A stretch of 64,000 nucleotides of DNA from Lingula anatina. Lineage: Eukaryota > Animalia > Brachiopoda. The position numbers and the translations under genes are program-made. The notes beneath the pieces are model-generated. The model saw only the letters and a program-made list of their open reading frames with translations. It did no database searches and was not told where the DNA came from. The stretch covers positions 57,018,788 through 57,082,787 of the forward strand of contig CM120640.1 in NCBI GenBank assembly GCA_051362555.1. The letters run 5' to 3'. Below, in pieces: positions 1-12,943 of this stretch (within the stretch, counting starts at the first letter, position 1; each line of letters opens with the position of its first letter).

Positions 1-141
1 CTAAAAGTCTGTACCAATTTGGGGGTAATAAGCGTTTGGTGAAACCGGACCAATGTACCTTGCGTTTTGGATCATGTCGCATTATTGCCTATTTAACAAG
101 AACACTTATAAATATAACAAAACAGTGTTATTCTTCACTTA

Positions 142-1460
142 CAGGGTTCCCACTTAGTATGGAATATTATTTTTTGGCGAGTAAATTCTCTACAAAATAT
201 TTAATTTCTCTCTAACTACTTTAAATCCAAAGCTGAGGTGTCACTCCATGTGTAGCCAGGTGTGTTACCTAATTACCACACAACTCTCGAAACAGTTGAG
301 GCATGCAGTTGCATGTTGTGTGGTCAGAAATGTGAGGGGTCGTCTTTTCGGCAATTTCTGCCATTGTATAAAAACGCATGGGTTTGGTCAATCTTTGGAG
401 TGTATTTAGAGAAGCAACAAAGGGATCGCTCTGAAACTTGACAGGTACCTTAGAGAAGATATGGTTCGACAGCTAAGCAACTCAGCTTACTATGGGATTC
501 TTGCTCTCAGAGAAAATGGCCAGAAACGGACAGCCATTGCCAGGTAATTCAACATTTATCAGGAACCGTTTGTGATGTCCTCCAAAGAAATGCTGCAACA
601 GGGGCACCTGCTCCAATACCTCGACCAGGGTGTCCGCGTATCACACTAAGAAGACAGGATCACCTTCTCCTTAGAGGACGCCGTGCTGGTCGTACAAAGA
701 CAACTAGTGTCCTCAGAAAAGAGAGGCAGAATGTCATCCAAACGCCCGTTTCAAGGTCCCTCGTGAACAAGAGATAACTGCAATCCGGTTATTTTGCACG
801 AAGGCCAGTAGGGAAACCACTGTTAACAGCAGGTCATATACAGCGACGTATGCAATGGGCTGGGGACCACGTGCGTTTGCAGCCAAACCACTGGAATCAC
901 GTCGTTTTCAGTGATGAGGCCAGCAAACTGGCCGGCAAACTCTCCAGATATGAACCCAATTGAAAATCTGTGGGCGGAAGTAACTCACATAATTAATGGC
1001 TATGGTCTTCGGCCGGTAAATGGTGATGAACTGCGACAGGCAAATATCACTGCGTGGAATGATATCCCCACCAAAACTCTAAAAAACGTGTCACAGGGTA
1101 TGCCACGTAGGATGAGGGCGCTGCAAGCGGCTGCTGGAGGTCATACCCGCAATAACTGACTTTTCATGATTTCCTGTAGTGAGTTCTTTGAGTGTGTAAC
1201 ATATCACTGTTTTTTTAAATATCTTAGCTTAAAATTAATACTAACATCAAACTGTTGACATGGTTTTCCGGGGGTGTTCTTTTCTTTTGAATCATATCTT
1301 ATGTCAGATTAGATATTATTGACCAAAATATCTCACAATAGGCGACTGGATATTTTTATCACTCAATGACATACTTTTTTGATGAATCAAGCCAAAAAAT
1401 ATTTAATCAGCACTCAAAAATAACAATGATAAAAATATTCCATATTAAGTAGTAACCCTG
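142..1460 (+). mobile_element. Internally deleted, degenerate Tc1/mariner DNA transposon
   Basis: Imperfect 27-bp TIRs (CAGGGTTCCCACTTAGTATGGAATATT from 142; reverse complement of CAGGGTTACTACTTAATATGGAATATT ending at 1460), each flanked by TA (140-141, 1461-1462). Contains a transposase remnant. Confidence 0.9.
461..1159 (+). pseudogene. Tc1-family transposase pseudogene
   Basis: From ATG at 461: HTH-like region (MVRQLS...RPGCPRIT...RRPVGKPLL...WNHVVFSDE) with stops and a frameshift. It jumps directly from the first catalytic Asp motif (VFSDE) to WPANSPDMNPIENLW...GGHT, so the central part of the DDE domain is missing. Confidence 0.9.
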
Positions 1461-3295
1461 TATGTCTAGCAATTTTTTCCATCAAGTATGTCGTCCAAAC
1501 TGTTTCGGGAACGCAATGGAATACAGTAGTATTAGCTACAAGTATTTGATCATATATATTTCTACCAACAATGATACTTGATTCATGAAGCTATAAGATG
1601 CTTTCACGTTGGTTGATACGTCGAAGTACAGTGAAAATCCACTTACTGATAGGGCGAGTCAAAGGCAAATAAGCAGTAAAGTCAGTCTTTGTCAATATTC
1701 AATCAGAGGGCATTAAAATATTTTAAACGAGACAGCAAAAATCAGTATTTCAGTTTTTTAAAGCAGTGGGACTATATGTATACAAAATGTAACAGTGGAG
1801 TAATCTGTAGGATGTCCATAGTCAACGATAAACCTGTTGCTTAAAACCACAGTACGGCAGTACAGTCGCGTGGCCCTTTCAGCGAATATTTAAGATATCG
1901 CCTGATTTTAACCGTTGTCTTGCTCGATTTAACGGCTGATTTAGCAATCATTCCTTCGTCAGTTGAAAAAAAAAAAAAAAAAAACATGCGTCATCTTACC
2001 GCCCAAAAACAGAGACAAGTTCTACATGCACCGGTAGGTGTATTTCATACATAAGGATTACTTAGGATTTACACTGTATAGATGAACTACGAATGAGTTT
2101 TCTGGAATAAAGCTGCTCTCCATTGCCTCTGTGACTATGACACCTGCTCGTTTTTTCCTGCGATTTTTCTAAACCGAAAACAGTTACAAAACTCCGAACG
2201 TGTATTTTTTATTTATATTTTAAAGGAAAAGAAACACTAAGTGCCCATTCATCGTAGTGACTAGGAAAAGTCATTCCGAGCACGTTTTCAAGGTCTAATT
2301 TTGCGGGTTAAAGTAACCTTAAGTTAATTGCTGTAAAAGTTATGGTATTCCCATATAATTATGTTTTGTATTTTGTTTCTGATGTTAATTGTATGGTGGA
2401 TATTAACAGCACCCTAGACCCTAGTAATGCACTTCAATATTTTAAATATAGCGAGATTGTTAAAATCATTAATATCTAAAGGTCGTAGAATTCCCACATG
2501 TTTTGTATGTTGCTTAAAAGAATGAGGAAGGGGCATGCTCAGCTATCTGATGATTCCAAGAAGAGGGATATACATAAATATTGATGACATTACCGTGAAA
2601 TTACATATATGAATTCAATAATAAAAAATCTTAACAATTTTACATGCCTGCTCTTACGTTTTCGGTAATGACAATTTAGAAAGTAAATATACTTTAAGAA
2701 GATGTGGGTCCAATTTCACAAAAAAAGAAACATTACATAGTTGGAAAGAATATGATGATGTACGTGCACATTAACACAGTCTGGGAAATCACAATTAGAT
2801 TAAAAACTCTTGTTACATTAAACTCGTGAGTTTATGAGATCAAACTCGTGAGCTCGTGGTTTGCTAGCTCGAAGAGAAGCATAGTTTGATTTAAGGTCCA
2901 TATACACACAGATATACGCAATGTTACAGACGAACATCAAATTGCTCTGCTTTAATTGTTCCATTAACGAGATCGTTTCGAAACTTAGCAGACCTAAGGT
3001 TTACAAATCATAACACCATTCAACTACACATAATCTTTCAGATGTTGGATTGTTCAAAAATTTTATTCACTTCATTGAGTTCTTTTTGGACACCGGCATT
3101 TAACGTAACGGTGATTTAATTAATCCTTATTTAACTAAAGGCTTAAGATAACATTTTACTGTTCACCCTGTTGAAATTCTTCAAGCACATGGCCTTTTTA
3201 TTCTACGCTGATCCCCGCTTCCCTATCCTCTCTTCTTTTAAATCTAGCTGTTTCATTTATACTATGTGTAGAGAACATTTTTCAGTTATGACATC

Positions 3296-3649
3296 TCATT
3301 TGTTGTCCCGGGGTTTGCAAAAATATATAACGTCACTTGCAAATTTGTCAAAGCCCTTTGGAGAATTAGCGGTCATTTTCCTACACACTGCTGCGCAGTG
3401 GGAGATATCTAAGATGTCATAGAGATAGCACTCGTAGCACAACCCCTCACACGCCTCATTTATTATATCGTCTTCTGCCATTACGTCAGTGCCGGAACGT
3501 TTCTCTGGAGCGCTTGGAAGGAGTGGTGATTCAACTGCATATGCTGTTTTTTTCTTGTTGTCTGGACTTTTAGGGATTGTTCGGCACAAACCAAACAAAA
3601 TGACTTCCAGAGAAATGACGGCAACGAGGAGAAATTGTGATGTCTTCAT
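3296..3649 (-). CDS. Secreted cysteine-rich prepropeptide (117 aa), neuropeptide/hormone- or toxin-like
   Basis: Hydrophobic N-terminal signal peptide, spacer, dibasic KR site, then a mature region with six Cys spaced C-x3-C-x2-C-x10-C-x3-C-x21-C. Splice acceptor (ttccag) 5 nt upstream of the ATG, donor GTAAGT at 3941-3936, TATA-like box at 4108-4101. Confidence 0.8.
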   Translation of the reverse strand: MKTSQFLLVAVISLEVILFGLCRTIPKSPDNKKKTAYAVESPLLPSAPEKRSGTDVMAEDDIINEACEGLCYECYLYDILDISHCAAVCRKMTANSPKGFDKFASDVIYFCKPRDNK

Positions 3650-4064
3650 AGTATCTGGAAATAATTGTTTAGAATCAACTACTTGTTTTTACATGTAGCA
3701 ATTACTAATTACTAAATGTATCCCTTGGTAAAGTTCTTTTTTGGTGTATATCACAGAATGCGTTTTGAGAGTTTATTGAGACTATTTTAAACAAGATAGA
3801 GTTGACCACAAATTTTGAATATTTAAAGAAAGTGATTGGTTTGTTATCGGATGTTAAAAAGCGTTATAAGAATAATATAGAATTCTTTTTGTCGGTCGCC
3901 GCGAATTCACAAATTTCTCAAAGGCAGACATTTTTACTTACCAAGATGTCTCTTACTCCAGTGTCTACTGTGTTTCTTCAAAGTTGTGGCACAGAAATTT
4001 AAATAACGCAGTTTGGGATTTTCAGTAAGCTGGCAAAAGCATCAATATCGTCGAGAGGAAGCGG

Positions 4065-4110
4065 TAGTGCTGAGTGTTCACAACACAGGTAATTGTTCCA
4101 TTTAAATAGC
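4065..4110 (-). promoter_or_regulatory. Putative TATA-type core promoter of the prepropeptide gene
   Basis: TATTTAAA on the minus strand at 4108-4101, about 30 nt upstream of an Inr-like TCAGCA near 4073. It would start a non-coding exon ending at the 3942/3941 donor. Confidence 0.45.
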
Positions 4111-7100
4111 CCAAACCACGAAACAGCGCCAGGAACGTCTGAATGGTGTTAGTTGTCAATTAAATATGAATGTAGGTAGCAGGCTACCATTAATTCACCA
4201 CAAAGCGTGTTTAGCGTGGAGTTTCCACATATCACGAAATGTGACTTTCAGCGCGTCAGAATTATTCACTTGTAAAGAGTGAACATGAAAATCACCAAAC
4301 TGCTTCAGCACTAGTCAGTTCCTTCTCCCTCGCAGAAACCTACTTATTTTATACCCAGCTAGAAAAGCTATATACTTGATAATGACATGAATTAAGGGAA
4401 CCCCTCCCTTACTAATTATGATAGTCTGTCTTCTTGATGTCATCGATACTATAAATGTATCAATTTTAACAGAAATGATTCGGACATGCAGCGCAAAATG
4501 GGAGGACTGCATGATTAAATTGTCACCCTAAGAACTCATATAGGGAAAGTCAATAATTCACCAACTGCATTTCACCGAGGTTTATACAGGCTGAGCTTCC
4601 TTTGATATTGATTTATCTGACGCTCATCATTGGATCTGCATGTCATAGACATATATACTGATCGATGGGGGTCAGTACATTTGTGGCATCCATTAGGGAC
4701 CTCATTATCTCTATAATGCAACTTGTTTTGGCAACGCCTTCTCGCTATCTGCTGGTGCAATGTGTTACTTGGAAAATCATGTCTTTAAATAGCACCGATT
4801 GTTTTTGGAAAAATCAGACAAGTTGAAATGATTCTGCAAATTTTTCTCCAATGAATTGGACATTATGTGCAATGGAAATGTACCATTCTGTATATTAAAC
4901 GCTTCCTCATTAAGTGACCCTCGGTGTCTGGTCTCAAAAACTTATTTATGAATAAATACACAATTGTTTATGCTATATATTATCAATATTTTTTACATGA
5001 AAGGAATCTTTCGACATGATTTACTCCCACAGGTTAAGAAGAAATATCTCAAGTGATGCATATTTGATATTTAGTGTCATACACCATGGCACAAATGCTC
5101 TCATTCTCCATCATTGCACCGTTTTTCTGGAAACTTTTAGTTCAGCGCGCGAATGGGTCCTTTCTTAAAATGTGGTGGTTACTTATAGAAGTCTGTGAGA
5201 TGCTGTTAGTGCTTCTTGCTTCTATGCGGTATTGTATATCGATACCAGTAATAGCCCTTATCTAGGTACTTAGCCAGTCGTTTTCAAAACGAATAATTGA
5301 GTGCTTATTAAATAGTTAGAAAAATTGTTCTTTTATGAGGTTTTGTGACTCTCCTAAGACGTAAATGAGAATGCCATTATTAAAATTGATCATTAGTTTG
5401 CATTTCCGTCGGAATAAAATATACTTTTAACATGAAAAAAGTTTCCTACTTACTTGAGTGTGATGAGGATACGACCAAACGACTTGAAGATAACTGGTAA
5501 TAATAATTCACAGACACGTAATATACAATGTGGACCTGTTGATAAAGTTGTTACAGTCATATTAGCGGTTACTTATCTGGATGTTTAAAAGGTAAAATGG
5601 GAGTTAAGGGGCTTCAACAAGGATATATATATATAGCCAAAATAAGTCATCAAAACTCAACACATAAACAAATTATCTTCAGAATCAACTGATTCGCACA
5701 TATAATGTCTGTATTACAGAAATTACAGGAGAGAAAATAAGGGCTTCTCCCAGCTATGGTTTAGACCAAACGAGATTAAAATGCCGTATAATCTTCAGTC
5801 TGTCATTTCAGTATTTCCTTATTTCAAACTTCGGTCCTATTGAATAAAACAACCACTTAGACTATTTCCAATATTTATGACACTTTTGAGAATTGAACAT
5901 TCTTTTGATCATTTATAATTTTTTCACAGGCAATGTGTTTCTGTTCGTGTGTCGATTGGTATGAATGACTGCAACTATGTATCTAATAGAAGTCCTAAAG
6001 TGTACACTTTGAGAAAGACAACGAGAGAGATTTTTTGTGGCACGCTCATTTGATTTTACAATATATGTGGCCAAGTAAAACTTTCCATTTTGTTTACAAA
6101 TAAGACGTTTATAAACGAATAAAGCACAGCCATGTGTGCAGATTGCCAATGTGGTATGTTCTCACACTGTGGTATGTTCTCGAATGGGCAAGCTGCAAGG
6201 AAACAAGAATTTATAAGTAATACAAAACCGAGGGCGTTTATCTACGGTGCCCCATGTATATTTTTCACTATATACGTGGCCTAACTTCTTTTCTATAAGA
6301 AGAATTAGTGTTTAGTTATACTTGTTTACCTTAACCACAATGTCTTTGCAATTTCACCTTTATTTTATTATTTTTTTTTGTTGGTGTAATTTGTTTTGAC
6401 CTTAACACATGTATTTAAAAAAATCTTACATAGCTTTTCATGATTAATATACTGTTAACCACCCGCTTGTGTCTAGTTTTTCCATCTTTTAATTGCTAGT
6501 ACGTAAGTAAACGGCGATCAGGGAAGGAGTAAATGACACTATCAGAACCGTCATGTTTACACTCCAAACACATGTATTTTTAAATGTTACATGTATATTG
6601 CATTTTATTTAAAAGACACTCTTTATTCCATATCATATGAATACTAGTTATTATATTACTGAAATCTCTAGACAAAATAATGTTTAGAATCAATGAATAG
6701 TCAAACGGTTACAAAACAAAGCTGTACTATAAAAAATGGTATCCGTTCTCCTGTCACCGTTAATGTGAGACTAGCTTCGGATATTTGCATTGTGCTGTCT
6801 TGTGGACAATCCCATTGTATGTAAAACAAGAAACCAAGAGAATGAAAAATTATATATCAGGATCAACTCGTCTTCTTTTGTGAATATTCTGTTTTTCTTT
6901 AGGTCACCAAAAGGTTAGCCCATGTTATCATATTACGCGCCCTGTATTATGATTCACTGTTACACGTTATTAATAGGCACAGGAAGAAATATTGCCAGTT
7001 AACATTATAAATGCATTTTTATGTTTCCTTTTTATATTATTTTTTTTATATATGTCTATTCGTCGGGGTTTTTTTTCAATAAGCAAGCAAGGACACTCGA

Positions 7101-10100
7101 TAATGAACACCTGGGTCATCAAGGTGACAAATATTGCACGCGAGGCAAACTAACCAATTAGAGACAAAGTAATGTAGAAGGTAATAAGTGGCTTTAAGCT
7201 AAGCTACCTGAACAAATACCATCAATCTTTACCAGACATTAATGTAACAATGGATTCCATTGCTTCAAACCGGCAAAACAGACACCAAAGGAAGTCTTGT
7301 ATACTTTAAATCTTTTAAGAAAATACGGTAACCAAAGTAGTACCAATTGCATGATTTTCCTGTCATCTTTGTTGAGTGGTTGCCTGCAGAGATGGTTTCC
7401 ACACTAGTCTTTGGCAAGCAAAAAAGAATATGACAATAGCAACTCTATAGTCTTTCAATAATTTCATTTATCAAAAGCTTTTTTGAGTTAGATGTATATG
7501 CAGAACTACACCTTTAACATGCTAGGCCTATCGTTTTACACTCTTGTGTTTGCTCCTGTATGGTGTTTGTATTCGGATTGTATCAGTTCCACAAAGGCCG
7601 TGTCCAAACTAATACATGTAGGAAACAAGAGGGAAACCATACATTACGGCTTTACCATACATTTTACCGTGACACTGAACGTATTATCCGTGAGCTGCGA
7701 GAAATTTAAGAAAATTACCTGTCTCGTCAGGAAATCCATGGTTTCCAGAATATTAACCTTAACGAGCGTGTTCAAATGAAATCAGGGGAGTTAATGTGAG
7801 GGAAATAATTAAATCTTGCGAATAATGTAGCAGAAAATGCGTAAAAGGATTTTTTTAATAAGCATTCTTGCTAAAAAAGATGTAACATTCCAAAATAATA
7901 TTGCATACATGTATGTGCATTCACAATCAAAGTTCATCTGCGGACTAACAGATCAAATATGGACGATCCACTTGAAAGCTTTACGTGTAAGTCGGCTTCT
8001 TTGCGTCCACTTCTATACAACTTATCAATCTCCTAGAAAGGGATTATCACCCTTCAAATCTTCTGGGCAAAATTTGATTTTCACGAGGTATCCACCTCTA
8101 ACGACATTTTATGCTCACAACTGTTACAGTCAAATTTAAAACAATGATAACATGTATGTTAGCTTATTTTTATCTCTGGGCGAGCAGCTGGTTTGAGCAT
8201 TGTTACACACGGACCATTTGTAAAAATAATGGCTAATTTTTCATAGCTTACAGTAAAATATTTCACTCATTACATCATTTTCCTATCACGCAAAGCATTT
8301 TCTAACTGAAAGAAAAGCATCAATTTACCATCATTTAAAATATATAGCTGAAAATAGCTTAAAATGTCACATGATTTCAACCTATTTCTAATATGTCATA
8401 TCATTTACAAAAGGTTCGTGCACTTTGTTCACTGTTCCACTTGTTGCTCATTGACTTAATTTTCATTTCATTTACGAAGTTTTATCATTTATGAATGCTC
8501 TCATTGCTGCAGCTGACCAGAGATAGAAGTAAAACAGTGTTTGGGGTGTAACATCCTTAGAAACGAATTGTAGCGCATTTCAGTGCTCTTCTGTATTAAT
8601 AACATAAATTGTTACATATAAATATACAACAATCAAACAGCTTTTATTTGTTTACAATTACATTTGGCTATCTTGACCCCTCTTCTTGTGAGGAGTGTAT
8701 CAAATTTAAAAAAAATTATGTATTTTATCTAATGGTTTAGTTAATCTCCATGTATTTTTTGTTATTTTCCAAGCTTAATTCCTTTTCCTGAACTCCTATT
8801 GCCCAAAAAAAATGAACAAGAACGAGAGTTTGGGTCCTGAGAGAAAAAATTAACTATTACTTTTGAAATGGCCTTTATGGCATCCAACATCTCAGAACGC
8901 TGTGCTTAAGAACAAACGCACTTACACAAAATTGTTCATGGCAGTATATTAATGCAGGGGACTTGCGAAAGAGTTTTCAAATTAGCTTTCTAAGTTTTAC
9001 TTTCCTTGCATCACGATGTTAGGCGTTGCGTGTAATGAAGACATTGAAGACCTAGAGTTACATCGTTTTGCACTCTGTGAAATTGCCTTGCTCTGTAATT
9101 TGAGAGAGAGAGTAGGCTGGCTTCCCAACGTGACACTGTATAATGCCTTGTTGTTCTATTTCCTCAGGAAAGTCAAATCGTGATGATGGATTAGTTTTCA
9201 GAATTTCGACAAACATAATTTTATCTATTGATGAATATCTGATACTTGTGATCAACAGGTAGAGATTATGAATAAAGCCATTTTGGAAGTCAAATAGCCA
9301 GATGGCACTCTGAGCTGAAGGCAAAAATCCAAGACTAGGGCCCCAAATTATGATTCCATTAATCAAATGTCGAGTAAAGAATCTGCCTACCTAGTGGTTG
9401 GGGTATAGTGTTACTGATGATGTAAAATGGAGGCACAGGGCCAAACCACAGCATTTTTCCAAAGAGGCATGGTCGGGTGTCAATATTAAGTGAATTAGCA
9501 GTTTAGAAAAAACACAGTAGACAGCAATGGTGGGCTCAATGTTGGGCACTGGGGATATGTGTGTTTATTACTAGTATATAGATGGTCTTTCAACAGCTGC
9601 AGCAAAATGTGGCATAAAGATTATTTAGAATTGTTCTTTCATAATATCATTACCGTTTGTTTCTGCGGTCAATGCGTGCCGCAAACTGCGTGCGACCGGC
9701 CATTATCACTACCCTCCATCTTTCGTAGTTTAGATATTACAAAATAAATTTCTGCAAAGCAAAGAACGGAAACACATTAGCAATGAACTTTTTGTGAACC
9801 CCAATTCAGCATTGTAAGACAGGACAATCGAAGTTTTGTTAAAACTGTAAAAAAACTGTCCGTTTAGTCCTTCGTCTCCCTGTCTGCTTGTCTGCTGCCT
9901 GGCTGCCTGTTCATCAGACATTATTGTAACTGCACCTGTTTCCATCGCGTGCTGTGTCGTTAATCTAAGGATATCATTTAGATTAAATTAGATGAAATTA
10001 CTGTAGGCCTATTATTTGAATTCTATCGCAATCGGAAACCGCTGATCGAAAAAGTAAGGGGCGTAAGATTTTTCAATCCACATAATCCTTATCATTAGTG

Positions 10101-10825
10101 CTAAAATAAGTGTTATTTGATGACTTCTACGAAACACAGGTTTAATCAATTTGGACTGCATAAAACCCACGCGTGCCATAGTGTAGCAGTTGAAAAAAGT
10201 AGGCCCTATCATGTAAATATATTGTATCATGTAAATATATTGGAAACGAAAACCATTGCACTGAACTATTGTATTGCTGTATTTAGGTGTTTTTTTTGGC
10301 AGCAAATACATGCAAAAATCATTCATAAGTTGGTTTTCTTGGTGAGCAAGTAGTATATCAGTAAAATGCATTTTCAGTAAAGTTGGTATTCATGAAACGC
10401 AACAAATGTACTCATTGCGACAGTTGAGACGAAACAATGTGCAAAGCTCTTAGTGAAGCATTTAGTGTGGTCTGTCACTATTGTCGCAATAAAATTTTCA
10501 TAGAAGCTGTTTCCCAATTACTAATTAAAATATACTGAAGGGCAATGAAAGAACGCACAACAGGCAGTTACCTGAAATTTCATCAACTACATGATACACA
10601 GTAATAAACTTAGCTGTAGAGGCACGGTATACTGACTGTCATATGCAAGGCCATGTAAAATACATGTATTAGCTGCAGATTACGGGTACCCTTTTCAGTT
10701 ATTCAATTCAATTATTCTTATATGCTATGAATAATTGAGGTCAGCTTTTGAGTGACAAATAATGTCTTTTCTGACGTCTTTTCTTAGAGGGCGTGAACAA
10801 GCACATCTGTTGACAATAAACAAAT

Positions 10826-11614
10826 TCACATAAAGAGCAATGTTTTTAAAAGAGGAATGAGTAGGCTACAAAGGACAATTTACAACTTTTTGCTGGTGCT
10901 TTATCTTTAAACAAGCGCCAATTTCGGCTTCTAGGTGCTGGTGTTTTATATATTACTCGGAAAATCTAAGCCTATATGGCATACTAAAACGGCCACAACC
11001 CCCCCCCCCCCCACACACACACACACACAGACACACACACAGACACACACACACACACACAGATAGGTCATTAGATAAATAGACAGTCATTTGATTTTCT
11101 GCCATTTGATTCCCTGGCTTTTTGAAATTTGCCACCCTGGTAGAGGGTACCACACTTCTAAGCTCTAGCGATACTTCCTCATACATGTAGCCATACAGTG
11201 TAGAATCAGTGCACGAGAAAGACGGCATCTAAATCTTTCTCTGAGGACATTACAGCTACAGGTACTAAGTTTCTAGGTACTATAAACGTAAAAAATCCGC
11301 ACTTCCCCTAAAAAAGTGTGATAAAATTTATGACAAATTCGGAATGAACATAATTTTATTTATGAACCTGTGCTTCCCACAAACAACTTTAGTGTTTTTT
11401 ACTTTTTGGAAAATTTATAGTGTCGTGGACTGTGATAAGGCGCTTTATTGAAACACTGCAGATCACATAAAGAGCAATGTTTTGAAAAGAGGAATAAATA
11501 CAAAGGACAATTTACAATTTTTTGCTGGTGCTTTATCTTTAAACAAGCGATAATTTCGGCTTCTAGGTGCTGGTGTTTTATCTATTACTCGAAAAATCTA
11601 AGCCTATATGGCAT
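10826..11614. repeat. Imperfect ~155-bp direct repeat pair (10826-10982 and 11463-11614) with a poly-C/(CA)n tract between them
   Basis: Both copies read TCACATAAAGAGCAATGTTTT...GCTGGTGCTTTATCTTTAAACAAGCG...AATCTAAGCCTATATGGCAT; (CA)n microsatellite at about 11013-11080. Confidence 0.85.
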
Positions 11615-12943
11615 TTTCAATAAAGTTAAACATTATCTACTAAAACAACCACACACCCCCCAACAGAAATTGTAACAACGAAACATTCACTCAACTTTTT
11701 TGAAATAACTAGAACAGGAAAGTTACAAAGGCATTTTGTTAAAACCAGAACCAGAAGCAATAACATGTAGTATTAGATGAAAATTCCATTGACTTTATGG
11801 AAAAATGTCTTTTAACTAATATTGAAGATTGGTTCGTTTATAATTTTCCACCCGAGATATGCATTCCAACATTCTACATCCATGCAAAAAGCAATAATTT
11901 TGATTGATCTCTTGCAAGCTATGACACAAAACGCGTTTCTCTTACCAAGAAACTAAAAAATATGAATAATATAAATCAAAAAATAAATAAATAAAAATTA
12001 AAGGTAAATTAATGCAAACATGAAATAAAGTAATAGAAACGAATAAGTAAAAAACAATAAGTAAATAAAATACGTAATGCTCGAGTTTAATCAGTCTGAG
12101 TGTTATAATAGTAAAGGTAATGTCACTTCTTTGAAACTAAGGAAAAGTTTAATTGACAGATAAATAACTTTTTATTGGTAAAATAAGGAAGGTCTAGTTG
12201 TCAACAATGTTATTTTGTTGTTTAATATAATTGGACAGTCACTTACAGGCCATCATTCAAATAAATGAAGTATAATTTGTATTTACAAGTCAAAGAATAT
12301 GTTTACTAGATATTTATAGGTTAAATCTTTAATCTTATCCGTAGATTATTAAATAATGAGTGTAAGTACCAGATATCTTTCTCCATTATTTCATCAAATC
12401 ATTTTCGTTCTATCCGGCATAAGATATTTTTCATTTGTGCCTTCGACACAAGTCTATCAGCCCGTGCATCAACTTGAAGCACAATACAGGTTTTAACATC
12501 GGTATCTGACATGAAGAAAAAAAAAAAAAAACTACGCTTCAACATACACGTACGCAAAGAAGTCATCTGCCCAGCTCGTGGCTCTCGTGTGCGGTAGGCC
12601 CTATATCAGTCGTCCACTCCAAACCACGCACAACTACAGCAGACTAGTGTATAGCTTACACCAGTGCTACCCCTCGCTGCTATCCAAGATCTGGCTCCCA
12701 TAATAATTGCATTTCATCCCAAAACATTCGATTTCCTTCACACATGTACATAATTCATATTTATCACAGACGTTCTGAATATACAAGTGACCAAGAGATC
12801 TTTATACAATTGAAATACAGGCCATGACAATGCTACTGATTGCCGGGACTGTCTGATCGTCTTCCATTGATCGTCATTATTTTTGATTGCCGAATGCGTT
12901 CTTTAGTCTCACTGCCATTGTCCGATTTATCCTATAAAAGTTG

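Noticed and set aside
9058-9945. ORFs 9058-9366, 9559-9747 and 9730-9945 as a gene
   Set aside because: No recognisable motifs and no consistent exon chain found; possibly decayed repeat sequence.
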